Origin: Candidatus Methanomethylicus oleisabuli
GTDB lineage: Archaea; Thermoproteota; Methanomethylicia; Methanomethylicales; Methanomethylicaceae
Assembly: GCA_001717025.1 (NCBI GenBank)
Contig: MAGU01000082.1
Location: 1 to 51,725, forward strand
Length of the DNA stretch: 51,725 bases
Direction of reading: 5' to 3'
Of the stretch, positions 1 to 9,278 are shown piece by piece. Under the pieces are notes generated by a model that was not told where the DNA came from, made no database searches, and saw only the letters and a program-made list of their open reading frames with translations. The position numbers and the translations under genes are program-made. Each line of letters opens with the position of its first letter. The first letter of the stretch is position 1.

Positions 1-33
1 TCTCGTGGGCTCGGAGATGTGTATAAGAGACAG
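1..33 (+). other. Illumina Nextera read-2 adapter / Tn5 mosaic end (sequencing artefact)
   Basis: TCTCGTGGGCTCGG-AGATGTGTATAAGAGACAG matches the Nextera transposase adapter and creates the false 'MYKRQ' N-terminus. Confidence 0.98.
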
Positions 34-807
34 GTCGCATTCTTAGAGGAGACCAAGGAGATACTCTATGCAATGGGGTTCGAGGAGACCGCCGGTCCTT
101 TCGTCGAGACCGAGTTCTGGAACTTCGACGTGCTATTCCAGGCGCAGGACCACCCGGCTAGGGCCATACACGACAGCTTTAGGGTCCGTGGTGTAGATCC
201 TGGCATCGATGCACCAGAGGACCTAATACAGCGTGTGAGGGCTGCCCACGAATCAGGCGGCGGCACCGGATCGCGTGGCTGGGGATACTCTTGGGACCTC
301 GACGTAGCGAGACAGCCGCTGCTCAGAACACAGATGACCGTCGCATCGGTGAGATACCTCGCATCACACAAGGAGCCGCCAGTGAAGGCTTTCTCCCTCT
401 CGAAGGTATTCCGCCCAGACGTCATAGACGCCAGGCACATGATCGAGTTCAGCCAGCTCGATGGCATCATTGGGGGCGAAGGCATAAACGTCAGGCACCT
501 CCTCGGCGTCCTGAAGGAGTTCGGGCACCGGCTGGGGTTCGACGACATGAAGTTCAAGCCAAGCTACTTCCCGTTCACAGAGCCTAGCATAGAGGCATAC
601 ATCAAGCACCCCACGCTTGGCTGGATCGAGTGCCTCGGATCTGGGCTATTTAGGCCGGAGGTCCTCGCCCCCCTCGAGATCACCTTCCCCGTCATAGCGT
701 GGGGCATCGGAATAGACCGATTCGCAATGATTAGGCTCGGTCTCAATGACATCCGAGACTTAAACACCTCAAGCCTAGAGCGGCTGAGGCAGTGGGGGTG
801 GTGGTAA
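34..807 (+). CDS. pheS: Phenylalanyl-tRNA synthetase alpha subunit (5'-truncated)
   Basis: FWNFDxLF..QDHPAR, motif 2 FRPD..DARH..EFxQ, YFPFTEPS, motif 3 AWGIGIDR; directly upstream of the beta subunit. Confidence 0.97.
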   Translation, partial: VAFLEETKEILYAMGFEETAGPFVETEFWNFDVLFQAQDHPARAIHDSFRVRGVDPGIDAPEDLIQRVRAAHESGGGTGSRGWGYSWDLDVARQPLLRTQMTVASVRYLASHKEPPVKAFSLSKVFRPDVIDARHMIEFSQLDGIIGGEGINVRHLLGVLKEFGHRLGFDDMKFKPSYFPFTEPSIEAYIKHPTLGWIECLGSGLFRPEVLAPLEITFPVIAWGIGIDRFAMIRLGLNDIRDLNTSSLERLRQWGWW

Positions 808-810
808 GGC

Positions 811-2472
811 ATGCCCACCATCACTGTTAACTCGAAAGACCTCGCCGCGCAGGTTGGGATAGGTGCCACCGCCGAGCAGCTAGAGGAACTGCTGTCATCT
901 ATAAAATGCGAGGCGGAGAATGTAGTGGGTGAGGAGATCTCGGTCGAGGTCACTTCAGACAGACCGGACCTCTTCAGCACAGAGGGCATCGCGAGGGCAA
1001 TAAGGTTCTATCTTGGGGCCGCGCCGCCTTATGAAATCGACAGCTTCGGAGGATCACCGCTGCAGCTGAGGGTCGACCCGGTAACAGCAAGCGTCCGCCC
1101 CATCATAGCCGCAGCGGCCGTGCGCGGCATCTGCCTCTCCTCGGAGGCTACCCGCCAGATTATGCAGCTGCAGGAGAAGTTGCATAACACGTACGCCTCC
1201 GGCCGCAAGAAGGCGTCGATAGGCATCTACGACATGGACACCGTCACCCACGAGTTCGTATACACCGCCTTGGAGCCGTCAAGGATATCATTCGTGCCGC
1301 TCGAGTGCGCCTCGCAGATGGACGGAACGGCGATCCTCACCGGAACCCAAAAGGGGAGGGAGTACGCCCATCTGCTCTTGGACAAGAGCCTCTACCCGCT
1401 GCTCACTGATCGTGACGGCAAGGTGCTCTCAATGCCCCCCATTATCAACAGCGACGGAACGAAGGTCACCGAACGGACAAAGAACGTCTTCATCGACGTC
1501 ACCGGGCTGGACGAGAAGGCGGTTGGCATATGCCTTGCAATAATGGTAACTTCCATACTCGAGCGCGGAGGCAAGCTACAGCAGGTCGAGGTGGCTTACC
1601 GCGACCGGAAGGTTGTCACGCCGCGCCTAGGGGCATGCGCCCAGACGATAACGGCCTCAGGCGTGAAGGCGTATTCCGGTCTTGACCTTCCATTAGGCGC
1701 CGTTGCCTCCCTCCTCATGCGCATGGGATACGCCTGCTCCGAGCCCAATGGCGACGCCATCGAGGTGTTAGTCCCGCCATACCGCGTCGACGTGTTACAC
1801 GAGGTCGACCTAGTCGAGGACGTCGTCATTGCTTATGGGCTCAACAGGATCGAACCAGAGTTCCCGCGCCTCATGACCTTCGGCAAACCACTTCCAGGAA
1901 GCAGGCTCGCGGCGCGCGTCCGGGACCTGATGATAGGGATGGGATTCCAAGAGGTCTCGACCTACCATCTGGCAAGCAGGGAAGTGATGGTCGAGAAGCC
2001 CATGCTCCCCGAGAGGAACCTGATCGAGGTCATCAAGCCGGCCTCACTCGAGTACACTGTTCTGAGGGACGCGCTCCTGCCGAAGCTGCTGCAGCTCCTC
2101 GGGATGAATACCCACGTCGAATACCCGCAGAAGATATTCGAATACGGGGTCGTGGTTAAGGAGCGCGGAGGCAGGCCGGAGAACATACCGCACCTCGGGG
2201 CTGCCATAAGCGACGACCGCCTCAGCTTCGAGGAGATGCAGGCGGTGGCGGCTGCCCTCTTCAGGGGGCTCTCAAAGGAGGCAACCTTCTCTCACCTGGC
2301 ATCTCCGCCATTCATAGATGGGCGCGCCGCCAAGGTATCCGTGGACGGCGTGGATGTGGGCGTTGTCGGCGAGACCTCCCCCCAAGTACTCGTAAACTTC
2401 GGTATGACGTGCCCGGTCCTGCTGCTGGAGCTCGACATGTCGCCGCTTCTGCACTTGGAAAGCTTATCTTAA
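811..2472 (+). CDS. pheT: Phenylalanyl-tRNA synthetase beta subunit (archaeal type)
   Basis: MPTI start, DRPDL.S.EGIAR, QEKLH, PPIINS, PPYRxDVLHEVDLVED. Confidence 0.97.
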   Translation: MPTITVNSKDLAAQVGIGATAEQLEELLSSIKCEAENVVGEEISVEVTSDRPDLFSTEGIARAIRFYLGAAPPYEIDSFGGSPLQLRVDPVTASVRPIIAAAAVRGICLSSEATRQIMQLQEKLHNTYASGRKKASIGIYDMDTVTHEFVYTALEPSRISFVPLECASQMDGTAILTGTQKGREYAHLLLDKSLYPLLTDRDGKVLSMPPIINSDGTKVTERTKNVFIDVTGLDEKAVGICLAIMVTSILERGGKLQQVEVAYRDRKVVTPRLGACAQTITASGVKAYSGLDLPLGAVASLLMRMGYACSEPNGDAIEVLVPPYRVDVLHEVDLVEDVVIAYGLNRIEPEFPRLMTFGKPLPGSRLAARVRDLMIGMGFQEVSTYHLASREVMVEKPMLPERNLIEVIKPASLEYTVLRDALLPKLLQLLGMNTHVEYPQKIFEYGVVVKERGGRPENIPHLGAAISDDRLSFEEMQAVAAALFRGLSKEATFSHLASPPFIDGRAAKVSVDGVDVGVVGETSPQVLVNFGMTCPVLLLELDMSPLLHLESLS

Positions 2473-2516
2473 TGGCACGCGCATGGAGTACTGTGCGATG
2501 AAGTCGGGAGCGGAGC

Positions 2517-2797
2517 ACTGCGGGGCGACACAGCAGGTCACAGGAGTCAAGCGAGCAAGGGCGAGAGCTCGGCGATGAACGAGACCTAACCCACACCTGC
2601 AACAGCCCCGCAATTCCCTTATCGAATAGCGGGCCATTCATGCAACGGCGCGCCACTCGAAAGCCAAAAAGGTCACCTCCGACCCATCTCATACTGCAGG
2701 CGGCCGGACATCACCCGGTGTAGAGAGCCCTGCCTAGCGGGATGCAACGTCCCTCAGTGAAGCTGGGTGTTAGCACCGGGCAACACGGCAGCCTGCA
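2517..2797 (+). ncRNA. Candidate structured ncRNA: two nested hairpins, each inner stem followed by ACA
   Basis: Pairings 2519-2526/2605-2612 and 2533-2538/2595-2600 (then AACA); 2695-2706/2786-2797 and 2714-2720/2774-2780 (then CAACA). No convincing ORF. Strand is uncertain. Confidence 0.35.
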
Positions 2798-2875
2798 CCA
2801 CCGCCGACCAAAAAGAGTAAAACGCAGTTCAGTATAGCAAGACCGTACAATCACGCTGGTAAGGGGGTTCATCTT

Positions 2876-3955
2876 ATGGACGTGTCAAGGAAGGTTGACC
2901 TAGTCGCAAGGAATTCGCTTGAGGTCATAACAAGAGACGACGCCGAGGAGGTCTTCCAGACCAATGCATCGCCCCGCGGCTACCTGGGCTTCGAGCCCTC
3001 TGGGATGTTCCACCTCGGGTGGATGATCTGGGTGAACAAGTTCAAGGACATGATGGATGCAGGCATAAAGATGACCCTGCTTGAGGCCACATGGCACGCG
3101 TGGATCAACGACAAGTTCGGTGGCGACATGTCCAAGATCCAGTCCTGCACCGCATACATCGAGCACTGCCTCAGGGCGCTGGGCGTAGACCTCGACCGGG
3201 TGGACATAGTCAAGGCCGATGCGATGGTAGGCAACAGCGATTACTGGGAGGGCGTCATAAAGGTCGGCAAGGCCATCTCGCTCTCGAGGGTGAAGAGGGC
3301 AGTCACCATCATGGGGAGGAAGGAGGACGAGACGCAGGTCGACTTCTCCAAGCTGATCTACCCCTGCATGCAGGTTGAGGACATCTTCTACCTGAAGCTA
3401 GACTTCGTGCTCGGCGGGATGGACCAGCGTAGGGCGCACGTCTTGGCGAGGGAGGTCGCGGGGCATTACGGTTTCAGGAAGCCCGTGGCGATCCACACGC
3501 CTCTGCTGTCGGGGCTGCAGGGCGCCGGCAGGATGGATATGGCTGGCGATGCCGACGCCGCAATGATAGAATGCAAGATGAGCAAGTCGAAGCCGGAGAC
3601 CTGCATCTTCATCCACGACCAGCCCGAACAGATCCGGGCAAAGCTTAACAACGCCTACTGCCCCCCGAAGGAGGTCGAGGGAAATCCCGTAATCGAGATC
3701 GCTAGGTATATACTAATGAGGGACGCACCACTGACCGTGACGAGGCCCGCCAAGTACGGCGGGGACATCTCGTTCGAGACCGCGGATGAGCTGATCAACA
3801 CCTACAGGGAGGGGGGACTGCACCCGATGGACCTCAAGGGGGCCGTCGCCAATGGCATGGTCTCCACCCTTGCACACGTTCGCGATTACTTCAAGAGGGT
3901 CCCGGAGGCGGCAGAGGCGATGGCGAAGATGGGGTTCACAGAGAGGTGCGGATAG
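2876..3955 (+). CDS. tyrS: Tyrosyl-tRNA synthetase
   Basis: GFEPSG..HLGW (HIGH-like), YPxMQxxD, GGMDQRRAH, KMSKS. Confidence 0.96.
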   Translation: MDVSRKVDLVARNSLEVITRDDAEEVFQTNASPRGYLGFEPSGMFHLGWMIWVNKFKDMMDAGIKMTLLEATWHAWINDKFGGDMSKIQSCTAYIEHCLRALGVDLDRVDIVKADAMVGNSDYWEGVIKVGKAISLSRVKRAVTIMGRKEDETQVDFSKLIYPCMQVEDIFYLKLDFVLGGMDQRRAHVLAREVAGHYGFRKPVAIHTPLLSGLQGAGRMDMAGDADAAMIECKMSKSKPETCIFIHDQPEQIRAKLNNAYCPPKEVEGNPVIEIARYILMRDAPLTVTRPAKYGGDISFETADELINTYREGGLHPMDLKGAVANGMVSTLAHVRDYFKRVPEAAEAMAKMGFTERCG

Positions 3956-4133
3956 GAAGGTTTTTAAGTTTTTTTTATTTCCTAATGTTATAGGAAAATA
4001 AAACGCATAATATGAATCAGGTGTTATTGATTTAGGAGTTATGATTAACATGTTCTCAACTTATAGCAGAGAAAAACTTCTCTGTGCCGCAGGCCATGTG
4101 GAGGCCTAACCCATTTTTTTCTAGGTGGCTCAT

Positions 4134-5516
4134 ATGGGCGGCACGCCAACAACTGCAAAGTACACTATCTACGCAGGAATAAACATAGATGGTGTTGTAG
4201 ACAAACCGGACGTCATTGGGGCGATATTCGGTCAGACCGAGGGACTGCTCGGCGAGGAGCTCGACCTACGGGAGCTCCAGAAGAGCGGTAGGATAGGGCG
4301 CATACAGGTGGACATGGAGTCCAAGTCTGGCAAGTCCTACGGAACGATCATCCTGCCTTCTAGCCTCGACCGGGTCGAGACCGCTATAGTCGCGGCTGCG
4401 GTGGAGACGATCGACAAGGTCGGCCCTTGCTCCGCGCAGGTCGAGATCAAGAAGATCGAGGACGTGAGGGAGGAGAAGCGCCGTAAGATAATCGAGAGGG
4501 CTAGGGACATCCTCACCCACTGGGAGACGGAAGGGGCGTTTGAGATAAAGGAACTCTCAGAGGAGATCATGAAGTCAGTCCGCGTCCACGAGATAGGCAA
4601 GTACGGCCAAGACAACCTTCCATGCGGACCAGACGTTGACAAGTCCGATACCGTCATAATAACCGAGGGAAGGGCGGACGTCGTCAACATGCTGAGGCAC
4701 GGCTACAAGAACATAGTGGGCATGGACGGAGCATCTGTCCCTGACACGATCAAGGATCTGAGCAAGAAGAAGACCCTCATAGCCTTCGTGGATGGTGACA
4801 GGGGCGGTGAGCTGATCCTCCGGGAGCTCCTGCAGGTGGCCGACATTGACTACGTCGCGAGGGCCCCGCACGGCAAGGAGGTCGAGGAACTGACCGGCAA
4901 GGAGCTAGCGAAGTGCCTCCGCTCGAAGGTTCCGACGGAGCAGTACCAGCTAATGATGGGCGAGAAGAGGGGCGAGCCATCGCAAGAAGAACGCGAAGAG
5001 AGGAGTGATAAGGAGCGCGGAAGAAGGTATCCCCAGGAACGCCATGAGCGCATACAGGCGCAGGCACCAGGGAGCTCTCAGGCAGATGCATATGCCTATG
5101 AGGCGCCTCAGCAGGAGTACGCGCCCGCGCAGGTCCAGGAGCCAACAACTCAAGCCGAGCTCCATGAGCCTGCCCCAAAGGAGGAGAAGGCGCCAGCGCC
5201 AGTGGCGATACCCGGGGTGGACATGTCAAAGGTCAAGGCAATGATCGACCAGCTCCAGGGCAGCCTCGAGGCGATCCTTGTCGACGAATCATGGGAGCAG
5301 AAGCAGAAGGTTGCTGTGCGAGAGCTTGCAGAAGTGCTTCAGTCGTCAGAGGAGAAGTTCCACGCCGTCATCTTCGATGGAGTGATAACGCAACGCCTGC
5401 TCGACATATCGAACAACAAGGGCGTGGCATTCCTGATCGGGGCGAGGGTCGGGAACATCGCAAAGCGCCCGCAGAACATAACGATCCTCACGTTCGAGAA
5501 CCTGAGCTCCCGCTGA
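4134..5516 (+). CDS. dnaG: Archaeal DnaG-like TOPRIM protein (exosome-associated)
   Basis: DVIGAIFGQTEGLLG.ELDLRELQKSGRIGRI, TOPRIM EGRADV and DGDRGG, C-terminal FDGVITQRLLD. ATG at 4134 follows a GGTGG SD. Confidence 0.95.
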   Translation: MGGTPTTAKYTIYAGINIDGVVDKPDVIGAIFGQTEGLLGEELDLRELQKSGRIGRIQVDMESKSGKSYGTIILPSSLDRVETAIVAAAVETIDKVGPCSAQVEIKKIEDVREEKRRKIIERARDILTHWETEGAFEIKELSEEIMKSVRVHEIGKYGQDNLPCGPDVDKSDTVIITEGRADVVNMLRHGYKNIVGMDGASVPDTIKDLSKKKTLIAFVDGDRGGELILRELLQVADIDYVARAPHGKEVEELTGKELAKCLRSKVPTEQYQLMMGEKRGEPSQEEREERSDKERGRRYPQERHERIQAQAPGSSQADAYAYEAPQQEYAPAQVQEPTTQAELHEPAPKEEKAPAPVAIPGVDMSKVKAMIDQLQGSLEAILVDESWEQKQKVAVRELAEVLQSSEEKFHAVIFDGVITQRLLDISNNKGVAFLIGARVGNIAKRPQNITILTFENLSSR

Positions 5517-5970
5517 GCTCCATCACTATCGCCGACTCGCCGTCGGCATAGTAACCCTCTATTTTTTCCATGTCAACAAATCCAAACTTCCTGTACAGTC
5601 CGATTGCGGGGGCGTTAGACTCCCTGACCTCGAGCACGAACCTCTTAGCGCCTGCCACGGCAAGCCTAGCCAGGGCCTCCTCCAAGAGCGCCTTGCCCAC
5701 ACCGCTCCTTCTATGCGAGGTCGAGACAGCGACCGAGACGAGGTGGCCGGTCGTCCTATGCCTGATGATGCCTATGGCGTAGCCTATGACAGTTCCCCCG
5801 TCCGTGGCGACAAGGTAAGCGCCTGGCATGTAGAGGAACGACTTAAGTAGCCCCTTGGGGTAGGGGTCCGGGAACGCCCCCTGCTCTATCTCGACTATGC
5901 CGTCGATGTCCGCCAGGTTAGCTTCCCTTATGGCTATCCCATGGTCGACGCCGGTTCTTGCCATCTCCAT
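5488..5970 (-). CDS. rimI: RimI/Ard1-type GNAT N-acetyltransferase
   Basis: GHLVSVAV..HRRSGVG, LEVRESN..AI.LY.KFGF, YYADGE.A..M. Start moved to the ATG at 5970 because the upstream part of the ORF overlaps pelota. Confidence 0.88.
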   Translation of the reverse strand: MEMARTGVDHGIAIREANLADIDGIVEIEQGAFPDPYPKGLLKSFLYMPGAYLVATDGGTVIGYAIGIIRHRTTGHLVSVAVSTSHRRSGVGKALLEEALARLAVAGAKRFVLEVRESNAPAIGLYRKFGFVDMEKIEGYYADGESAIVMELSGSSGSRT

Positions 5971-6026
5971 GCACAATGAATATCTTACTGAAGCCGAATA
6001 TAACATAATTCCTGTTGGTGCGGGCG

Positions 6027-7109
6027 ATGCGTATAATCGAAACAGATCGCAAGCATGGGGGCGTCGAGGTGGAGGTCGAGGATTCGGACGACCTGTGGCA
6101 CCTCTATAACATAATCGACCGCGGCGACTCTGTGTGCGGTTACACCATGCGCGAGGCGAGGGTCTCCCGTGGCGCCGAGGAGGAGCGCGGCGGCAAGAGG
6201 CGAGTGTTCCTCTGCATCTCCGTCGAGGACATGGCCTTCCAGACATTCACAGAGAAGCTAAGGATAAAGGGGCGCGTCACCGTCGGACCGGACGACATGA
6301 ACATACAGGGCTCATTCCACTCGTTTGCGGTAGGGATAAGGGACCGAATAAGGATCACGAAGAGCGAGTGGCTATCTTTCCACGAGGAGCGCCTTCAGCG
6401 TGCGGCTTCGAGGTCGCGCCCCAAGGTCATAGTCGTCACGATAGACGACCAGGACGCCACTATATTTCTCATACGCGATTACCAGGTGGACGAGATACTC
6501 ACGATAAGCTCGCACATACCTGGCAAGTATGTCGAGACGTCTGACAGGCCTGCGCTCAAGTCCAAGTACTTCGGCGCGATAGGGGAAGAGGTCTCGAGGC
6601 TTCTCCAGCGGGAGCCGGCAGCCATCGTCACAGCCGGTCCCGGATTCACGAAGAACGACCTAGCAAGGGTTCTCAGGGAGAGGCTGAAGGGTGCGAAGAT
6701 CATCGAGGAGAACACCTCGAGCACCGGTGAGCCCGGGGTCAGGGAGGTCATGGCGCGGGGCGCCCTCACCAAGCTGATGGAGGACTCCACCATGCTGAGG
6801 GATTCGAGGCTGGTCGACGAGTTCCTGTCGAGGCTCTCGAAGTCGCCGAATATGGTCAGCTACGGCATCGCCGACGTGGAGATGACCGTAGACCGGGGCG
6901 CCGTCGAGTCGCTACTGGTCTCAGAGCGGCTCCTTAAGTCCATGCCCCCCGAGGAGCGGAGGGGAATAGAGTCCCTCTCAAGGAAGGTCGAGCGCTACGG
7001 CGGCAAGGTATTCTTCATAGGCGGAGAGCACGAGAAGGGCAGGCAGCTCGCCAATATGGGGGGGATCGCCGCCCTCCTGCGGTTCGCAGTCTCGCGGCGT
7101 AGCACCTGA
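6027..7109 (+). CDS. pelA: Pelota/Dom34 ribosome-rescue factor
   Basis: DDLWHLYNII..GD, LRIKG, G.FH, eRF1-like C-terminus with HEKG.QL..MGGIAALLRF. Confidence 0.95.
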   Translation: MRIIETDRKHGGVEVEVEDSDDLWHLYNIIDRGDSVCGYTMREARVSRGAEEERGGKRRVFLCISVEDMAFQTFTEKLRIKGRVTVGPDDMNIQGSFHSFAVGIRDRIRITKSEWLSFHEERLQRAASRSRPKVIVVTIDDQDATIFLIRDYQVDEILTISSHIPGKYVETSDRPALKSKYFGAIGEEVSRLLQREPAAIVTAGPGFTKNDLARVLRERLKGAKIIEENTSSTGEPGVREVMARGALTKLMEDSTMLRDSRLVDEFLSRLSKSPNMVSYGIADVEMTVDRGAVESLLVSERLLKSMPPEERRGIESLSRKVERYGGKVFFIGGEHEKGRQLANMGGIAALLRFAVSRRST

Positions 7110-7118
7110 GCCTGCTGG

Positions 7119-8189
7119 TCAGCAGGGGAACTCCGCGAACTTTTCCCTCGCCGCCGTCGGGTAGGCCTGGACGTACGACACTGCCGCGCCTGGAATGACT
7201 GTCCGAACAGCGTCGAGCATGCGCCTTGGGACCTCCACCGAGCTTCCGTCATCCGCCACGCCGACTTGGGCAACATCAACGCCGAGTGCCCTGGCAAGGA
7301 TGCGCTTCGCCGCCCTTCCTGATGCCCCCGGCACCTTGACTACGAACTTTCCGACGGTGCCATCATCGAGCCGCTCCTCCCACGGTCTTGCAGCGTTGGC
7401 AGCCCTCCTTGACAGCCTCATCCTAGTCTGAACGGCGTCCTTGACTGAGCTTGGGCAGTAGTGGACCGGAAACTCGATCCCCTCGGCCTCGGCCCAGCCG
7501 ACGACCTCCTTCGCGGCCTCCTCGCTCCCCTCGGCCGCCGCCATCGAACCGCCGATTACCCTGAACCCCCTCTGGCGAAGCTGGAATGCGTTCTGAGGGC
7601 AGAACTCCAGCTGGTTGATGTTTATGAAGTCAGCCCTGACCGAGGCGAGGTACCTTATGAGCCCCTTTATCTTGTCAGCTTCACCGGGGATGGATGGCAC
7701 CTCTGCCCCAGCGTACATCCCGAGCGCCTTAGCCTCAGCCACCCTTTCCCAGTCCCGCCTAGCCGGGTGGAACCTTATCTCGTCAAGCCCTGCGGACTTC
7801 AACCTAACAAGCGCATCCCTGCTGGCACGCCTGCCGTTTGTGTATAGGTGTATATGGTGGTCTTCCCCGAAGAAGCCCTTCAGGAGCCTGATGAACTTCA
7901 GCGTCCTCGTCAGCCTCATGAGCGGGTCGCCGCCGGTTATGCCCGTCCCCTCTGCGTCTATTGCCCTGCCCTCGAGTATTATGTCGAGGTCACCCTCCAC
8001 TGCCACCTCGTCGGCATAGATCACATCGAGGTTCTTCCTCCTCTCGCTGAGGGGGCAGTAGTAGCACGAGCCCTCGCACTTGCCCGTGACGAAGAGCACC
8101 ATCTTTGCGCCCCTCAGGCACGCCTCGCATCCCCTCGGCATATCGCCTGCCATGAGGAGGACTATCCAGATGACTGCTAATAAAACCAA
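7119..8189 (-). CDS. Radical SAM protein, conserved archaeal uncharacterised family (COG2108-like)
   Basis: GCxxC..GAKMVLFVTG, CxxxCxxC (CEGSCYYC), TGGDP, GLDEIRFH, HYC...KD..Q. The start may be the ATG at 8153. Confidence 0.85.
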   Translation of the reverse strand: MVLLAVIWIVLLMAGDMPRGCEACLRGAKMVLFVTGKCEGSCYYCPLSERRKNLDVIYADEVAVEGDLDIILEGRAIDAEGTGITGGDPLMRLTRTLKFIRLLKGFFGEDHHIHLYTNGRRASRDALVRLKSAGLDEIRFHPARRDWERVAEAKALGMYAGAEVPSIPGEADKIKGLIRYLASVRADFININQLEFCPQNAFQLRQRGFRVIGGSMAAAEGSEEAAKEVVGWAEAEGIEFPVHYCPSSVKDAVQTRMRLSRRAANAARPWEERLDDGTVGKFVVKVPGASGRAAKRILARALGVDVAQVGVADDGSSVEVPRRMLDAVRTVIPGAAVSYVQAYPTAAREKFAEFPC

Positions 8190-8193
8190 CCGC

Positions 8194-8556
8194 TTAGAGG
8201 AGTACCTCAGCGACGAACGCCATTGCCAGCGCGCCGAGAACCAGCCTCTTCCCCGAGTACCTTGAGACGCCGGACGACCACATGAGGAAGCCAGCGAGGC
8301 CGACTATGAAATAGACTGCCTTTATCACCCCCTTCACGAGGCTGGTCATCGCCTCGGAGAGCCACAAGATGTTGGACTGGATTAGCGCGATCCACCCCTC
8401 TATCGTCGACCTGAACTTGTCCTCAACGTCCGCCGTCCCGTTAGTTTCAGCGCCGACCGGCATGACCAGCGCCGTGAATGCGCAGAGCGCAGCCACCAGA
8501 CGCCCCACCACCACAAGAGGAACCTTCACCCAGACATCCCCGTGGCTAAGGCTCAA
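8194..8556 (-). CDS. Small membrane protein with VirB2/TrbC pilin-like topology
   Basis: Signal-like hydrophobic N-terminus, an amphipathic helix, then two hydrophobic helices joined by a short basic loop (WSSGVSRYSGKRL). Co-oriented and tightly packed with its neighbours. Confidence 0.6.
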   Translation of the reverse strand: MSLSHGDVWVKVPLVVVGRLVAALCAFTALVMPVGAETNGTADVEDKFRSTIEGWIALIQSNILWLSEAMTSLVKGVIKAVYFIVGLAGFLMWSSGVSRYSGKRLVLGALAMAFVAEVLL

Positions 8557-9278
8557 TATTTAAGACTGCCACCCCTGCTCTGGAGGAGCCTCCGGAGGCT
8601 CGGGTCCTCTGCCGCTCTTGCAGCCAGCCTCCCCTCGAAGGTCTCGTCGTCGAGGACCTCCTCCTTGAAGTAGACCCCAGTCCTGCCGACCGTGTCCCTC
8701 CTCGTTAGGACCCTGATCCTCTCCTCAACCGTCTCGACGCTGACCCCGACCGTCCTAGCGACCTCGGTCGCATTGCCTACAGCCGATACCTCGTAGTGCC
8801 CGACCTCAGTCGGGACTATCATCATGAGCCTCTTATCGACGCCGGGGGCGCGGACCCTGCCCTTCATCCCTGCGATGCCAACCTCCCCCCCGAACCTGTA
8901 AAAGTCCCTTTCCCTCCCCCTGAGGGGCACCAGCGGGAATGTGAGCTTGACCCTCTCATCCACGTGGATTATCGCCTTGACCGCATGGGCAGGCGTCGCC
9001 TGGGCGATCTCCCTCTTAGCGAAGTGTATGCCTGCAGCCGCCAGCGCCCCCTCCACCATCAGCGACGGCGCAACATCGGGAACCAGCACGTCCACGTCGC
9101 TCGCCGGTCCAACGTCCCCGCGGGCGGCGCTGCCGTGCACTATCGGCTCCATCCCCCTCGCCGCCAGCGCCCCCATAACGCACACGCCGGCCGCGCGCAG
9201 CTCCCAGAGGAGCTCCCACCTGCTTGGCGGGTACCTGACCTCCCTCATCTCGTATGAAGGCGCGACCTTCCTCGCCAT
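8553..9278 (-). CDS. Archaeal Pol-beta-superfamily nucleotidyltransferase (COG2413-like)
   Basis: HGS.ARGDV...SDVDV, QATP, FY.FGG, GVDKRL, R.RVL.RRD..GRTGV. Confidence 0.85.
   Translation of the reverse strand: MARKVAPSYEMREVRYPPSRWELLWELRAAGVCVMGALAARGMEPIVHGSAARGDVGPASDVDVLVPDVAPSLMVEGALAAAGIHFAKREIAQATPAHAVKAIIHVDERVKLTFPLVPLRGRERDFYRFGGEVGIAGMKGRVRAPGVDKRLMMIVPTEVGHYEVSAVGNATEVARTVGVSVETVEERIRVLTRRDTVGRTGVYFKEEVLDDETFEGRLAARAAEDPSLRRLLQSRGGSLKY

Noticed and set aside
15-33. Genuine IS50/Tn5 end
   Set aside because: It is preceded by the Illumina read-2 primer tail and sits at the contig edge, so it is a library artefact.
2473-2875. RNase P RNA or T-box leader upstream of tyrS
   Set aside because: No GAGGAAAGUCC-like or CR-V motif on either strand and no T-box consensus. 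A promoter-like A-tract at about 2810-2822 probably separates the structure from the tyrS mRNA.
5971-6246. N-terminal extension of the RimI ORF
   Set aside because: Low-complexity sequence antisense to pelota; the GNAT domain starts after 5970.
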